45,681 nucleotides of DNA from positions 5,800,208 to 5,845,888 of the forward strand of contig NC_068981.1 in the NCBI RefSeq assembly GCF_001194135.2, written 5' to 3'. Position 1 is the first letter of the stretch. Each line of letters opens with the position of its first letter. The DNA comes from Octopus bimaculoides. Taxonomy: Eukaryota. The translations under genes were made by a program, and so were the position numbers. Of this stretch, positions 19,986 to 32,013 are shown piece after piece. Under the pieces are notes generated by a model. The model ran no database searches and was not told the origin of the DNA. It worked only from the letters and a program-made list of their open reading frames with translations.

Positions 19986-20340
19986 GTGGGGTTACTGTAG
20001 AAACCGGAGAGCACCCCTAATTCAAGAGTCACGCAGATTCTACCCGAGAATTACGTTACGGGTGCACGTAAAGAGAACAGCTTGATGTTCATATGTTGAA
20101 ATCGACAGCAGAGCCCGACACTCATACATACACGCACGCAAGCACACACATTACACACACAATACATCTATACATATACGTACGCACACGTGCAACACAC
20201 CCATACACACACAGTCGCGCGCGTGTACACACAAACATGGTTGAAAAGCATATACATATGTGTGTGTATAAGCATTACTCATCTTGCATAATCATGCATA
20301 TATACCCACCTACGCACACACACAGGTGTATATGCAGTGC

Positions 20341-20373
<33 letters not shown>

Positions 20374-21021
20374 NNNNNNNNNNNNNNNNNNNNNNNNNNN
20401 NNNNNNNNNNNNNNNNNNNNNNNNNNNNNNNNNNNNNNNNNNNNNNNNNNNNNNNNNNNNNNNNNNNNNNNNNNNNNNNNNNNNNNNNNNNNNNNNNNNN
20501 NNNNNNNNNNNNNNNNNNNNNNNNNNNNNNNNNNNNNNNNNNNNNNNNNNNNNNNNNNNNNNNNNNNNNNNNNNNNNNNNNNNNNNNNNNNNNNNNNNNN
20601 NNNNNNNNNNNNNNNNNNNNNNNNNNNNNNNNNNNNNNNNNNNNNNNNNNNNNNNNNNNNNNNNNNNNNNNNNNNNNNNNNNNNNNNNNNNNNNNNNNNN
20701 NNNNNNNNNNNNNNNNNNNNNNNNNNNNNNNNNNNNNNNNNNNNNNNNNNNNNNNNNNNNNNNNNNNNNNNNNNNNNNNNNNNNNNNNNNNNNNNNNNNN
20801 NNNNNNNNNNNNNNNNNNNNNNNNNNNNNNNNNNNNNNNNNNNNNNNNNNNNNNNNNNNNNNNNNNNNNNNNNNNNNNNNNNNNNNNNNNNNNNNNNNNN
20901 NNNNNNNNNNNNNNNNNNNNNNNNNNNNNNNNNNNNNNNNNNNNNNNNNNNNNNNNNNNNNNNNNNNNNNNNNNNNNNNNNNNNNNNNNNNNNNNNNNNN
21001 NNNNNNNNNNNNNNNNNNNNN
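20374..21021. other. Assembly gap (N) abutting (TA)n
   Basis: Run of N seen directly. Confidence 1.
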
Positions 21022-21636
21022 CAATAACAACACTGTGACTGTGTACGCCCTCCCCCGTCACTGCCCCCTCTCTCCCCCCGCCGCCGCAACTAAAACCCAA
21101 AATGCGTGGGAGTCAATCACCTTCGATAGTCTTCCATAATGACATCTATCTAGTTTTTTATTCACTCACTTTATTCGACAGTTCAGTAAATATCAATCGC
21201 TTTGTGATTATATTTTAGCCGAGTCTATTGTCTACATTGCTAGCAAAATATGGAAACGTTTATTTCCACACCAAATGCTAACTTAATCAATCCCCTCCCG
21301 CCTTTCTGCCTCTATCTAATTCTGCCTCTATCTAATTCTACTGACTTATATTCGTTCCTCTCTTACTTAAGCGATCCAAAGTGGATGGAACCAGTCTAGA
21401 TTTTGGTCTGCGTTGGCGAAGATAGAATTTAAAATAGGCCATATTGGGATAAAAAGATAAATAAGAAGACCAAAACAGGAAGGTAGTGTATAACAACGGG
21501 AAGATGAAAAAGGATCTGTCTCACTGTCTGTCTATCAATCAATCAATCAATCTATCTACCTATCTGTACGTATGTTTCTCTCTCTCTCTCTCTAGATTTT
21601 TTTTTCTAATGATATTCAATGACCTTTCACCTATAA

Positions 21637-21820
21637 TCTTTTCTACTCTAGACACTACGCCCGAAATTTTAGGGAAGGGGCGCCAGTTGATTAGATCGAC
21701 CTCGAAAGGATGAAAGGCAAAGTCGACCTCGGCGGAATTTGAACTCAGAACGTAAAGACAGACGAAATACCGCTAAGCATTTCGCCCGGCGTGCTAACGA
21801 TTCTGCCAGCTCGCCACATT
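21637..21820 (-). mobile_element. SINE family A with 14-bp TSD and internal deletion
   Basis: TSD cctttcacctataa at 21623-21636 and 21821-21834. Lacks the 32-nt segment between the two gtcgat repeats seen in 11650-11865. Confidence 0.93.
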
Positions 21821-22576
21821 CCTTTCACCTATAACAGCTTTTCTATTAATTTCCTAAGAATGAAGAATATATACTTTTTCTTTATGTTTGCTACATATCA
21901 ACATAAAAATCGACCTCTTCAGATATTGTTGGTAGAATAATGGCATAAAAATTCCACAGAGCGTGATTTGTGATTACAGGCTTCAGCTAGGACAAAATTA
22001 CAACATAAATTATAATAGGCCTTAGTTTACAATATCAATCAAAGCAAGGTTTACATCAAAGTGTTTCTAATAATCTTGTGTCTTGGAAGGGTCATTGTGC
22101 CAATAATAATAACACACACTGGTTCAAAATCACTTCTTAATTTTTAGTCAGTTGTTTAACTAACTAACTAGATTGTTTGTTTAATGTACTGGTAAAACAA
22201 TCAGTTGGTTGTTAGTCAAAGTCCTTTCATCGCTATTCGCGACCTTTTCAGCGACTTACCCTCTCTCTACATACTTAAGAGGATTAGGCAATTTGCGTTT
22301 TGGAAAAAGTATTACGGAGAATGCACACAGAAACACATACACACACGCGCACACACACACACAGAGATGCGCGTATATACACGCAATTCCGATGATAATG
22401 TCCGCACCAACCACACTGGAGCGAAACATGCCAAGACTACTTAAGATGAGAACGCGAAGGTCTAGAATCATTGGCGATGTATTTAGGAAATACATCATCC
22501 CGCTTCAAACGAACCTCCACAAAATATGAAAAATCAGTGACATAAGAAGATAAAACGAGAACACAGTCGTGTTTTC

Positions 22577-22631
<55 letters not shown>
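22577..22631. repeat. (CA)n microsatellite
   Basis: Tandem CA seen directly. Confidence 0.95.
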
Positions 22632-22728
22632 CATTTTAGTCATTTTTAATAATCATTCTCTATACTCTCATTGCATGCAGTGTATCTTAATTTCTGTGTG
22701 TACGTGCGCGCGTATGTACGTATATGTA

Positions 22729-22963
22729 ATACATCAAAATAGGAGATGGGAAAATTCTTTGGTTATTATTTATTCACCATTGCACAGGAATTCATTTGAA
22801 TAATACCTTCTTTGATTCTCGGTCTAAAGAATTTCTAATAGGAAATAGCTGACATGTTGCTCCTACATGTAAGCTTTTGTAACTCCTATTAGCCAATGAA
22901 ACATGTGTAATGGTGAATAAATAATAACAAAATCTTTTCTCCCAGTTTCCTGTTTTGATATAT
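22729..22963. mobile_element. MITE-like element with about 58-bp imperfect terminal inverted repeats
   Basis: atacatcaaaataggagatgggaaaa...gttattatttattcaccattgcaca (22729-22786) is inverted at 22904-22963. Confidence 0.7.
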
Positions 22964-23098
22964 AATTGACTCTGCAAAAAATATATTCTAGAATTTTCAA
23001 CTCTTATGCATACATCACACAGTTATAACAACTACGTACAAGTATGGAATACTGGAATAAGCAGATGTGTTTGAATTTTGACTCTATCTATATAATGT

Positions 23099-23102
<4 letters not shown>

Positions 23103-23155
<53 letters not shown>

Positions 23156-23156
23156 A
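23103..23156. repeat. (CA)n microsatellite
   Basis: Tandem CA seen directly. Confidence 0.95.
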
Positions 23157-24171
23157 TAACCATCTACGTATCATAATGTGAATATATCGTTAAAGTTAAA
23201 TTTGCAGCAGAGGAAGACGAAAGTCGTCCCAGCAGTGGCCAGATGCACTTCTGCTTCATTGGTTGTTATCAATGACTCGTACTCACAGGCGTTAAAATGA
23301 AGAAAATGTGATCTCTCCCTCCCTCCCCCTCTCTCTTTATATATATATCTGTCTATCTCTTTCTCTTTCTCTCTATATCTATCTATCCATCTATCTATCT
23401 ATCTATCCATCCATCCATACATACATACATACATATAAGAGACAAGTTGTACGTACGTCGCTATATATATAAATAATACAGAATGGGACAAGGACGCAAA
23501 ACATCCAGACAGTTAGGTGATACAAGAAAGGGACAAAACATCCAGATAGATGATACAAAGAAAACACGGACAGGTCATTCGGAGTTTTCTTTCCTCAGTC
23601 GAGATCCAGATTATCCTCGCAATCTCGGCTGGTTATTCTCGTACAGATAAAAAAAGAGATGACAAAAGATGTGGTGGTCTCATATTTGAGTGTCTGAGTA
23701 ACAACTTACAGTTTCCTCAGAGCCTCAAACATGAAGTGCAATTTATTTGGGGAAACAAATACATGTAAGCATATATACAGGAATGCATTACCAATGAGAA
23801 AACATATATATATGGAAGATGGACTCCAAGGGCTTCTCCCACAATTAGAATAAAATTAATTCTAAGATGTGAATAATGATGGATATAGGCAGATGTAGAG
23901 AAAGAGTGACAATCATCGAACAATATATTACTGTTTATGGCAAATAACTAGACAGAATGCTACGGTCGATTTCGCAGAGACTTGGTTGATTCATTGGTAG
24001 CAAAAGAGTGGAATGAAATTTAGTGAAAATATTTTTGGTGTTTAAGGGCTGAAGAACTAATCAGAAAGAAAATGAAGACGAAAGAGTTATTTCTCATGGA
24101 TTACTACAAACTATGGGCGAAGTGTACAGGCTGTGTTGCATCGTTCCCTAGTTCAAAAAGGAACATGAAAT

Positions 24172-24605
24172 ACGCTGTCAAAATGAATTTGCGTTCATGA
24201 GGGCAGTAACCGAAAATTTCGCTTTGCGAGTTCAGGATTTCAAGAAAGTATTCGAATCATACAAGTTTTTTGTTTGTTTGTGTCTTTGAACGATCCTCTT
24301 CTCCACAAAGCAGAGTTTGTATCTCCTATCCTACTGACATTAATAATACAGCTCAAGTCTTTCCAGCAACCTCCAGTTGACTTTATATGATATTGCACCC
24401 TCATAGATAACTAAAGTTGTGGTTCCTAAAAGATGATCAGTGTTTATTCAGCTGTCCCTTAAAATGGTCATCTGTTGCACCGACGTATTTCTGCATAAGT
24501 ATCGTCCCAATGGTATTGGTCGATACTACCTCTGCTTCGTAGATGACGGCCTCTGTCTTGCACTCACCGTTCACTGGGCACCTTTTGTAAACCCATACAT
24601 GAGCA
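24172..24605 (-). pseudogene. Penelope-like element (Naiad-type) C-terminal GIY-YIG endonuclease relic
   Basis: Manual translation gives CSCMGLQK/CPVNGECKTEAVIYEAEV...KYVGATDDHFKGQLNKH*SSFRN, then VNWRLLER...YKLCFVEK, then ILNSQSEIFGYCPHERKFIL. This matches the PLE pattern CxC..CP.xG.C...VIY...YIG.T...FK.R...H..SF...W.I....C.LC..EK...LN..SE....C.H..KF. It is missing from the ORF track because of stops and frameshifts. Confidence 0.85.
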
Positions 24606-24884
24606 TCCTGCCTCTGTCCGCGACTTATAGGAATTAACTAAGACCATTTTTTAAAACTTTACGTGTGCAACGGACCGAGGCACTTCAGTCAAGTGTAGTG
24701 AAGATTTTCCTGTGTAGTCATGCATAAAATGTTTATCCACGATTAGCCCTTGATCTACGGATATTTTGAGTGTGTGTAATATGTGTATGTGTACACACAC
24801 AAACACACGCAAACAGACATACGTATATGCATTAGTGCGTTAGTGTACCTGCACACGTGTTTATGTGTGCGTGGGCGTGTATGC

Positions 24885-24917
<33 letters not shown>

Positions 24918-24919
24918 CA

Positions 24920-24957
24920 ATATTTTATTCTTTTATTTGTTTCAGTCATTTGACTGC
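24920..24957 (-). mobile_element. SINE family B 3' tail running into a gap
   Basis: ttttattcttttatttgtttcagtcatttgactgc. Confidence 0.7.
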
Positions 24958-24960
24958 ATA

Positions 24961-25169
24961 NNNNNNNNNNNNNNNNNNNNNNNNNNNNNNNNNNNNNNNN
25001 NNNNNNNNNNNNNNNNNNNNNNNNNNNNNNNNNNNNNNNNNNNNNNNNNNNNNNNNNNNNNNNNNNNNNNNNNNNNNNNNNNNNNNNNNNNNNNNNNNNN
25101 NNNNNNNNNNNNNNNNNNNNNNNNNNNNNNNNNNNNNNNNNNNNNNNNNNNNNNNNNNNNNNNNNNNNN
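24961..25169. other. Assembly gap (N) abutting (TA)n
   Basis: Run of N seen directly. Confidence 1.
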
Positions 25170-25335
25170 TATATATATATGCATGCACACGCACACACAC
25201 ACACACTAAAATTTCTCTGTGTATCTATTTGTCTGTCAATCAATCTATAATTGTGTGCATAATATACGTGTGTGTGTGTGTATACAGACACACATGATTA
25301 TTGACGTGTATATGTCCATATATATATATATTATG

Positions 25336-25370
<35 letters not shown>

Positions 25371-25747
25371 ACACACACACGCTAAAGATAATCGGACTCC
25401 TATGGATAGATAGATAAGAACGTGGAAAATGGATGGTCGCTTTTCTAATTTTATTTTTTTAACGAACAATATTCTGACATTTAATCTACGAAATCAAACA
25501 TACACACCCACACACAGTCCTGCGCGCAGTCGCAATATTTGCGATGTTGTGTTTTGCCAGTCAGTGTAGCAATATACGACAGACAAAAGACGGAGAAGAA
25601 ACTCCTACGTACAGTTTAACATTTATATTATATATCGGGGAAACTGGGTGGTACACATGGCAGACGATGGCATATGGCTTTGTGTGTGTGTGTGTGTTTT
25701 GTATGTACGTCTGAATGCATTAATTTACATACGGTGTTAGTGTATGC

Positions 25748-25889
25748 TCTTTTACTTGTTTCAGTCATTTGACTGTGGCCATGCTGGAGCACCGCCTTTA
25801 GTCGAGCAAATCGACCCCAGGACTTATTCTTTGTAACCCTAGTACTTATTCTATCGGTCTCTTTTGCCGAACCGCTAAGTTACGGGGAC
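25748..25889 (-). mobile_element. SINE family B 3' half, near consensus, cut by a gap
   Basis: ttttacttgtttcagtcatttgactgtggccatgctggagcaccgcctttagtcgagcaaatcgaccccagg. Confidence 0.9.
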
Positions 25890-26224
25890 NNNNNNNNNNN
25901 NNNNNNNNNNNNNNNNNNNNNNNNNNNNNNNNNNNNNNNNNNNNNNNNNNNNNNNNNNNNNNNNNNNNNNNNNNNNNNNNNNNNNNNNNNNNNNNNNNNN
26001 NNNNNNNNNNNNNNNNNNNNNNNNNNNNNNNNNNNNNNNNNNNNNNNNNNNNNNNNNNNNNNNNNNNNNNNNNNNNNNNNNNNNNNNNNNNNNNNNNNNN
26101 NNNNNNNNNNNNNNNNNNNNNNNNNNNNNNNNNNNNNNNNNNNNNNNNNNNNNNNNNNNNNNNNNNNNNNNNNNNNNNNNNNNNNNNNNNNNNNNNNNNN
26201 NNNNNNNNNNNNNNNNNNNNNNNN
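25890..26224. other. Assembly gap (N) abutting (TA)n/(TATG)n
   Basis: Run of N seen directly. Confidence 1.
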
Positions 26225-26276
<52 letters not shown>

Positions 26277-27555
26277 TGTATGTATATATGTATGTGTGTG
26301 TGTGTGTGTGTAAAAACATGAGTGAGTCAAGGATATATGCTGACTCCTGTACTCTTTCGTTTCATCCTCATCTGTGCGACCACACTGCACACAAAAAATG
26401 GTATGTGAACTTTTACAACATTGAAAGGTTGTAGGCCTTTATAAACCTCAAATCATTGAACTACTGTATACTGAGGTCTGTGGCAATCCACATTAGAAAC
26501 CTCCTACAAACCCCTACAGACCTTACAGTCATTACGGTTTATCAAAGAATAGGTTTCACTCATCAAATCCAAAGTAATGAGGTCTTTTGATAATGGTACA
26601 CTTCCCCACACGCTTTATCCCCTATTTTCTCAGCCCAGCAGAAATAGCCAACCACACCATTTCAGTTCTGTTGTGTGGTGTCGTTTGTGAATTTGATGGA
26701 GAAAGAAAATATCTTTTTAGCTCTGTGAGTAAAAATGATTAATAACACTCACAAACAATTAACAGAAGCCTTATTTACTGCACATAGTATATTCTGCGTT
26801 GGTCTTTTGACACAAACTAACATCGAGAATTAGACACCGGAAGATACATACTTCTGGGATCTATGCCAATATAACTGGTACGCATTAATCTGTGGTTGGT
26901 CCATCACGACTAGAAAAGAATAGTGCTATGTTCATGGTGACAAAACCTGTATCTTTTATCTGCCATGAGGATGGAGGTGTCAGGTCGCTGCCTCAACTCG
27001 CTGGTTGTAGCTGCCTCACATTCAGGTATTACCGTCCCAAGCCGTCTTTTTATTGGGCTCAATGAGAAAGTTGTAGAAAGTCTATTCACACGATGCTGAT
27101 TGGTCAGTTAATCGGCCGATCACATGAAACGACAGTGGCTTGGCCGTGATATTTACTCGGCTCTCCTGTGATTCGTTTTTGAATCTGCTACAGCATTATT
27201 TCCAGTAACTACACACTGGACAAAAATTCTGAAACCACCTCAGACAGACCCCCCCCCATTCCTTTCGAAGGCTCTGAATAAAAAGTTTTTCTAAATAACC
27301 ATTTCTGCTACCATTCAAAGCTATTCATCACGCTGGCAATCTGTGCTGCCAGTCTACTGTGCGAGTCTAAAATATGGAAACGTACATCCAACATATAAAG
27401 AACTTGGAAGTCTTTTTAGCATCTGGCATTTTCAGAAAATTCTTTTAAGTCCCCTGCTGAGATAGGATTCTCTTCCATTGACCCAACACCAGCAGCATTG
27501 AATCCGCGATGTGTTAGTGTCAGCAGATACAGTTTAGACATGTCCTGTGCATTAC

Positions 27556-27920
27556 CGACGTGGTTACGTGGCAAGAAGCTAGCTTCCCAACTATATGGAT
27601 CCGGGTTCAGTTCCACTGCGTGACACGTTGAGAAAATATCCTCTGTTATAGCCTCGGATCGACCAAATCCTTGAGTGGATTTGGTAGACGGAAACTGAAA
27701 GAAGCCCGTCGCATATATGTGTGTGTGTGATTGTGCATGTATTTGTTTCCTGCCACCGCTTGACAACCGGTGCTGGTGTGTTTACTCCCCCACAACTTAG
27801 CGGTTCAGCAAAACACCCGAAAGCATAAGTACCAGTTAAAAAAAAAAGGACTGAAATCGACTCTATTTTTCAAGGTAGTGCTCCAGCATGGTCGCAGTCT
27901 AATGATTAAAACAAGTAAAA
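27556..27920 (+). mobile_element. SINE family B, full length
   Basis: Head gtggcaagaagctagcttcccaac...gggttcagttccactgcg, internal (TG)n, and tail gctccagcatggtcgcagtctaatgattaaaacaagtaaaa. Confidence 0.88.
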
Positions 27921-27982
27921 GGCAGGAGTGGTTGTGTGGTAAGTAGCTTGTTTACCAACCACATGGTTCCGGATTCAGTCCC
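27921..27982 (+). mobile_element. SINE family B head, directly tandem to the previous copy, cut by a gap
   Basis: ggcaggagtggttgtgtggtaagtagcttgtttaccaaccacatggttccggattcagtccc. Confidence 0.85.
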
Positions 27983-28211
27983 NNNNNNNNNNNNNNNNNN
28001 NNNNNNNNNNNNNNNNNNNNNNNNNNNNNNNNNNNNNNNNNNNNNNNNNNNNNNNNNNNNNNNNNNNNNNNNNNNNNNNNNNNNNNNNNNNNNNNNNNNN
28101 NNNNNNNNNNNNNNNNNNNNNNNNNNNNNNNNNNNNNNNNNNNNNNNNNNNNNNNNNNNNNNNNNNNNNNNNNNNNNNNNNNNNNNNNNNNNNNNNNNNN
28201 NNNNNNNNNNN
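27983..28211. other. Assembly gap (N) abutting (TA)n
   Basis: Run of N seen directly. Confidence 1.
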
Positions 28212-28554
28212 NTATATATATATATATATCCCGCCTTATGTCTGTCAGATAAAAGACACACAAAGCAGACGAGCTGCAAATATTTCAGTAGAAACTATTT
28301 CAATATATTTCGTGTGTTTCTCAACAAGACAGGTCACCGAGAGTTTCTCACCTCAACTTGGCCCATACCATTTCATCATGGCTCTTATCGTCATTTTCTT
28401 GGTTTTCTTTTTCTTTTCTTTTTATTTCTTTCTTCTCCTTTCTTTCTCTCTCCTCACTTTCCCCATTAAACTACTTCTTTCTACCTTTTCACTCTGTGTT
28501 CGTCCACCTTCCTTGATTTTCTCCATTAACTGTGTCAAATGTATGTGTGAATAT

Positions 28555-28578
28555 ATATATGTGCGTGCGTGCGTGTGT

Positions 28579-28629
<51 letters not shown>
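28555..28629. repeat. (TG)n microsatellite
   Basis: Tandem TG seen directly. Confidence 0.95.
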
Positions 28630-28630
<1 letters not shown>

Positions 28631-29439
28631 AAAGCGTGCGTAAATAGTAAACAGTTTTTTGTCTCGCATATTTATTGAAGATATTAAGACACTCAAACAC
28701 GTTTGAACGTATGTACTTTATGTACATTTGTATATTTGCATGTAAATGTGTATGTAGGTATTTATGTATGCATGTATATATGTATGTGTATATGTGTGTG
28801 TGTATATGCATATATATATGATTGTACATATTGCAAGTTTGTGTATATATATGTGTGTGTATAAAATATTCTTGATGATCGTAAATTGAAATAGAAGCAT
28901 CATCCATCGATGTTCAACAATCCACACACACGCGCGCGCGCGCGCACACATTCCAATGCATTTTGAACTCTTAATAATTCCTTTTCATCTTGTTACTGTC
29001 ATCGTATTTCAATTGTTTCTTCATCCATCCAGTCTCTGCCCCCCCCCGCCCTATGCTCCCCCTCTACCAACACCACTGCCACCACCACCACCTCTCACCA
29101 CCCACTCGTATCCATTTTCGTTTCTTATTCTACAACCCAAATAACAATATTCTGTATAATTCCTGGAATAATGTTTTCGTTATAATTATCCAGACCCACC
29201 CTATGCATGTGTGTATATATATATATGTGTGTGTGTGTGTTTATATGTGTGTGTATGTGTATGTATAAGTGAGTAACAAAGAGGTACATGTGTCAGGTCA
29301 TTACCTCTGTTGATTATGCATGTTTCTCAGACCTAACAAGGTGCCTCGATTTACGTACCTAATTCAACAGAATCTTAATTATATATGTATAGATAAAACT
29401 TGCTTGGAAGAGGATTCGTGGCGTTCAATACATACATAC

Positions 29440-29459
29440 GTATATGTACATACATCTAT

Positions 29460-29496
<37 letters not shown>

Positions 29497-29900
29497 TAGG
29501 TGGGCACAGGACGTCATGAAGCGTGTACAACAACAACAACAACAAAAATACGAAGTACGAGTTTATGGAATATGAACTATTTTTTCGAACAGCGAAAGAC
29601 ACAAATGGAAAACAAAACAAACGTAAAGAACGACCCTGTTGTATGTATGTATGTATGTATGTATGTATGTATGTATGTATGTATAGGTATACACACACAC
29701 ACACACACACATATATTCTATACAATGCTTCATAGTAATTATTCCTATATATAAATATATGTGTGTGTGTGTGTATTTATATGTATACTTTTTAGTATTT
29801 GATAGAAGTCTCAAGAGCCGATCTGTATGTGTACATGTATGAACACACACACACACACACACACACATACATATATAAACGCACGCATGCACGCACGCAC
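29440..29900. repeat. Cluster of (TA)n, (CAA)n, (GTAT)n and (CA)n microsatellites
   Basis: Multiple short tandem runs seen directly. Confidence 0.9.
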
Positions 29901-30224
29901 AGACAGGGCAACTTGTATGAGGTCGTTTTACCTCGTTGAAATAGCAGTAACATTTTATTTTTCAAGTAGTAGCCAGTCATTCAAGAAAAGAAGGACATAC
30001 TGCATAAAGTAGAGCTAGGTTACAGTGTGTCTGAATGAAAAGCGGGAGCAGGGATAATGGCTGGAACACCTCTAATCTTTAATCATAGCTCTGAAGACTT
30101 GTTGCTAAACAACATACATGGAAACATGGATGCATACAGGCATGTGTGTGTGTGTGTGTGTGTGCACGCGTGTTTACGCATATGTGTACATGTGTATACT
30201 TACGGATACGTGTACGTGTGTATA

Positions 30225-30248
30225 TCCATCCATCCATCCACCTGTCTG

Positions 30249-30283
<35 letters not shown>

Positions 30284-30348
30284 GTCTGTCTGTCTGTCTG
30301 CCTGTCTGTCTGTCTGTCTGTCTGTCCGTCCGTCCGTCTATCTATCTT

Positions 30349-30395
<47 letters not shown>

Positions 30396-30408
30396 GTCTG
30401 TCTGTCTG

Positions 30409-30443
<35 letters not shown>

Positions 30444-30490
30444 TTATCTATCTATCTACCTGTCTATCTATCTGTCTGTCTATCCATTTA

Positions 30491-30530
<40 letters not shown>
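30225..30530. repeat. Compound (TCTA)/(TCTG)/(TCCA)/(TCCG) tetranucleotide array
   Basis: About 300 bp of interleaved tetranucleotides. It explains the LSIY/LSVC ORFs. Confidence 0.95.
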
Positions 30531-30531
<1 letters not shown>

Positions 30532-30816
30532 ATAAGAATGCTGTCTGTCTATATACATGCACGCATATGTGTGCGTATGCATGCGTGTATGTATCTGTGT
30601 ATGTGTATATGCAAATGCGATAGGAACAAGTTTTAACAAATATTGTATTAGCTGAAATCTTAAAAAAGGAATTTTTAAGGGCCGAGAGTTTCGTGCGTTG
30701 GCACTTACCAAACTCACGAAACTCTCGGACTTTGAGCCACTCTCTTACTTCTGCTAAATATTAATAAGAAAATATATATACTCTTATTTTGAGTTCTATT
30801 TTTCCTGTTTGCATCA

Positions 30817-30861
<45 letters not shown>

Positions 30862-30864
<3 letters not shown>

Positions 30865-31111
30865 GCGCAGCGTGGCTGTTGTGGTAAGAAGTTCGCTTCC
30901 CGACTACATGGTCCGGGGTTCAGTCCCACTGCGTGTCACCTTGAGCATATGTATTCTATTATAGCCGCAAACTGTGAGTGGATTAGGTAAACGGAAACTG
31001 AAAGAAGCCTGTTGTGTGTTTGTGTGTGTTTGTGCCCCACCACTGCTGGACAACCGATGTTGGTTTGTAATATAGCGTTTCTATAAAAAGGCATCGATAC
31101 ATAAGTACCAG
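30862..31111 (+). mobile_element. SINE family B, 3'-truncated
   Basis: gcagcgtggctgttgtggtaagaagttcgcttccc...ggggttcagtcccactgcgtg...aaacggaaactgaaagaagcc. Preceded by (CA)n at 30818-30861. Confidence 0.85.
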
Positions 31112-31114
31112 GGT

Positions 31115-31345
31115 TGATGGTGGTGACAGTGATGGTGACGGTGGTGGTGGTGATAGCGGTTGTGGCGGCAGTGGCGATGGCGGCGGTGATGGTGGTGGCG
31201 GCGACGGTGGTGGTGGCAGTGGTGGTAGTAGTGGTAGTGACAGTGATAGAGGTGATGGCAGTGGTGGTGGTGGTGGTAATGATGACGGTGATGATGTGAT
31301 GGTGGTATTGACGAAAATGATGATGACAATGGTGACAGTGATGCT
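31115..31345. repeat. Compound (GGT)/(GGC)/(GAT) trinucleotide microsatellite
   Basis: Mixed triplets. They explain the poly-P/H/V ORFs. Confidence 0.9.
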
Positions 31346-31640
31346 AAGAATTGCTGCAGCATGGCATAAACTCTCCGCATCAGTCTTTAGCTGTGGAGAC
31401 ACTACATTCTTCAAAACTTGCATGCTTCCTGAACTCCGCCAACACTACACCTGACGCACCCCACCCCACCCCACCCCACCTCCATTTCTTCTTCCTTTCA
31501 ATTTCTTAAGACTTTTGCATTTTCCCCTTCCTGTGCATCTTCTACAAACTTTTGATGCAGTTTTGGTTACTTTTTCTCATAAACAATAAATGCACCTGAG
31601 CACTGCATACAATAAGTTCGTTATCATTATAATACACCCT

Positions 31641-31857
31641 AAGGCAAATGAGCTGGCAGAATCGTTAGCACGTTGGGCGTAATGCTTAGTGGTATTTTGT
31701 CGGCCATTACGTTCTGAGTTCAAATTCTGCCAAGGTTAACTTTGCCTTTCATCCTTTCGGGGTCGATAAATTAAGTGCCAGTTGTGTACTGGGGTCGATC
31801 TAATCGACTGGCTCCCTACCCAATATTTTCGGGCCTTGTACCTAGAATAGAAAAGAA
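31641..31857 (+). mobile_element. SINE family A, full length
   Basis: gagctggcagaatcgttagcacg through ggccttgtacctagaatagaaaagaa. Confidence 0.9.
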
Positions 31858-32013
31858 CACTTAATGGTATTCTGTCTGTCATTACATTCTGGGTTCAAAT
31901 TCTGAGATTGGCTTTGCTTTTCATCCTTCCGGAGTCAATAAATTAACTACCAGTTGCGTACTGGGGTCAACCAAAATTTTCGGGCCTTGTGCCTCCAGGA
32001 GAAAGGATTATCA
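31858..32013 (+). mobile_element. SINE family A, 5'-truncated, directly tandem
   Basis: cttaatggtattctgtctgtcattacattctgggttcaaattc...tcgggccttgtgcctccaggagaaaggattat. Confidence 0.85.

Noticed and set aside
23570-23605. Hammerhead on the minus strand at CTGAGGA-aagaaaactcc-GAAT-gacctgtc
   Set aside because: It has GAAT instead of GAAA, no A15.1-U16.1 pair and no stem I. The region is probably an interspersed repeat with an internal ~40-bp duplication.
24437-24439. In-frame TGA in the Naiad-like endonuclease as selenocysteine (reported for some Naiads)
   Set aside because: The TGA in NKH*SSF falls at a position that is normally Lys/Thr rather than Cys, and the relic has other stops and frameshifts.
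27416-27766. 116-aa minus-strand ORF as an exon
   Set aside because: Two thirds of it is SINE B sequence, and the rest has no recognisable homology.
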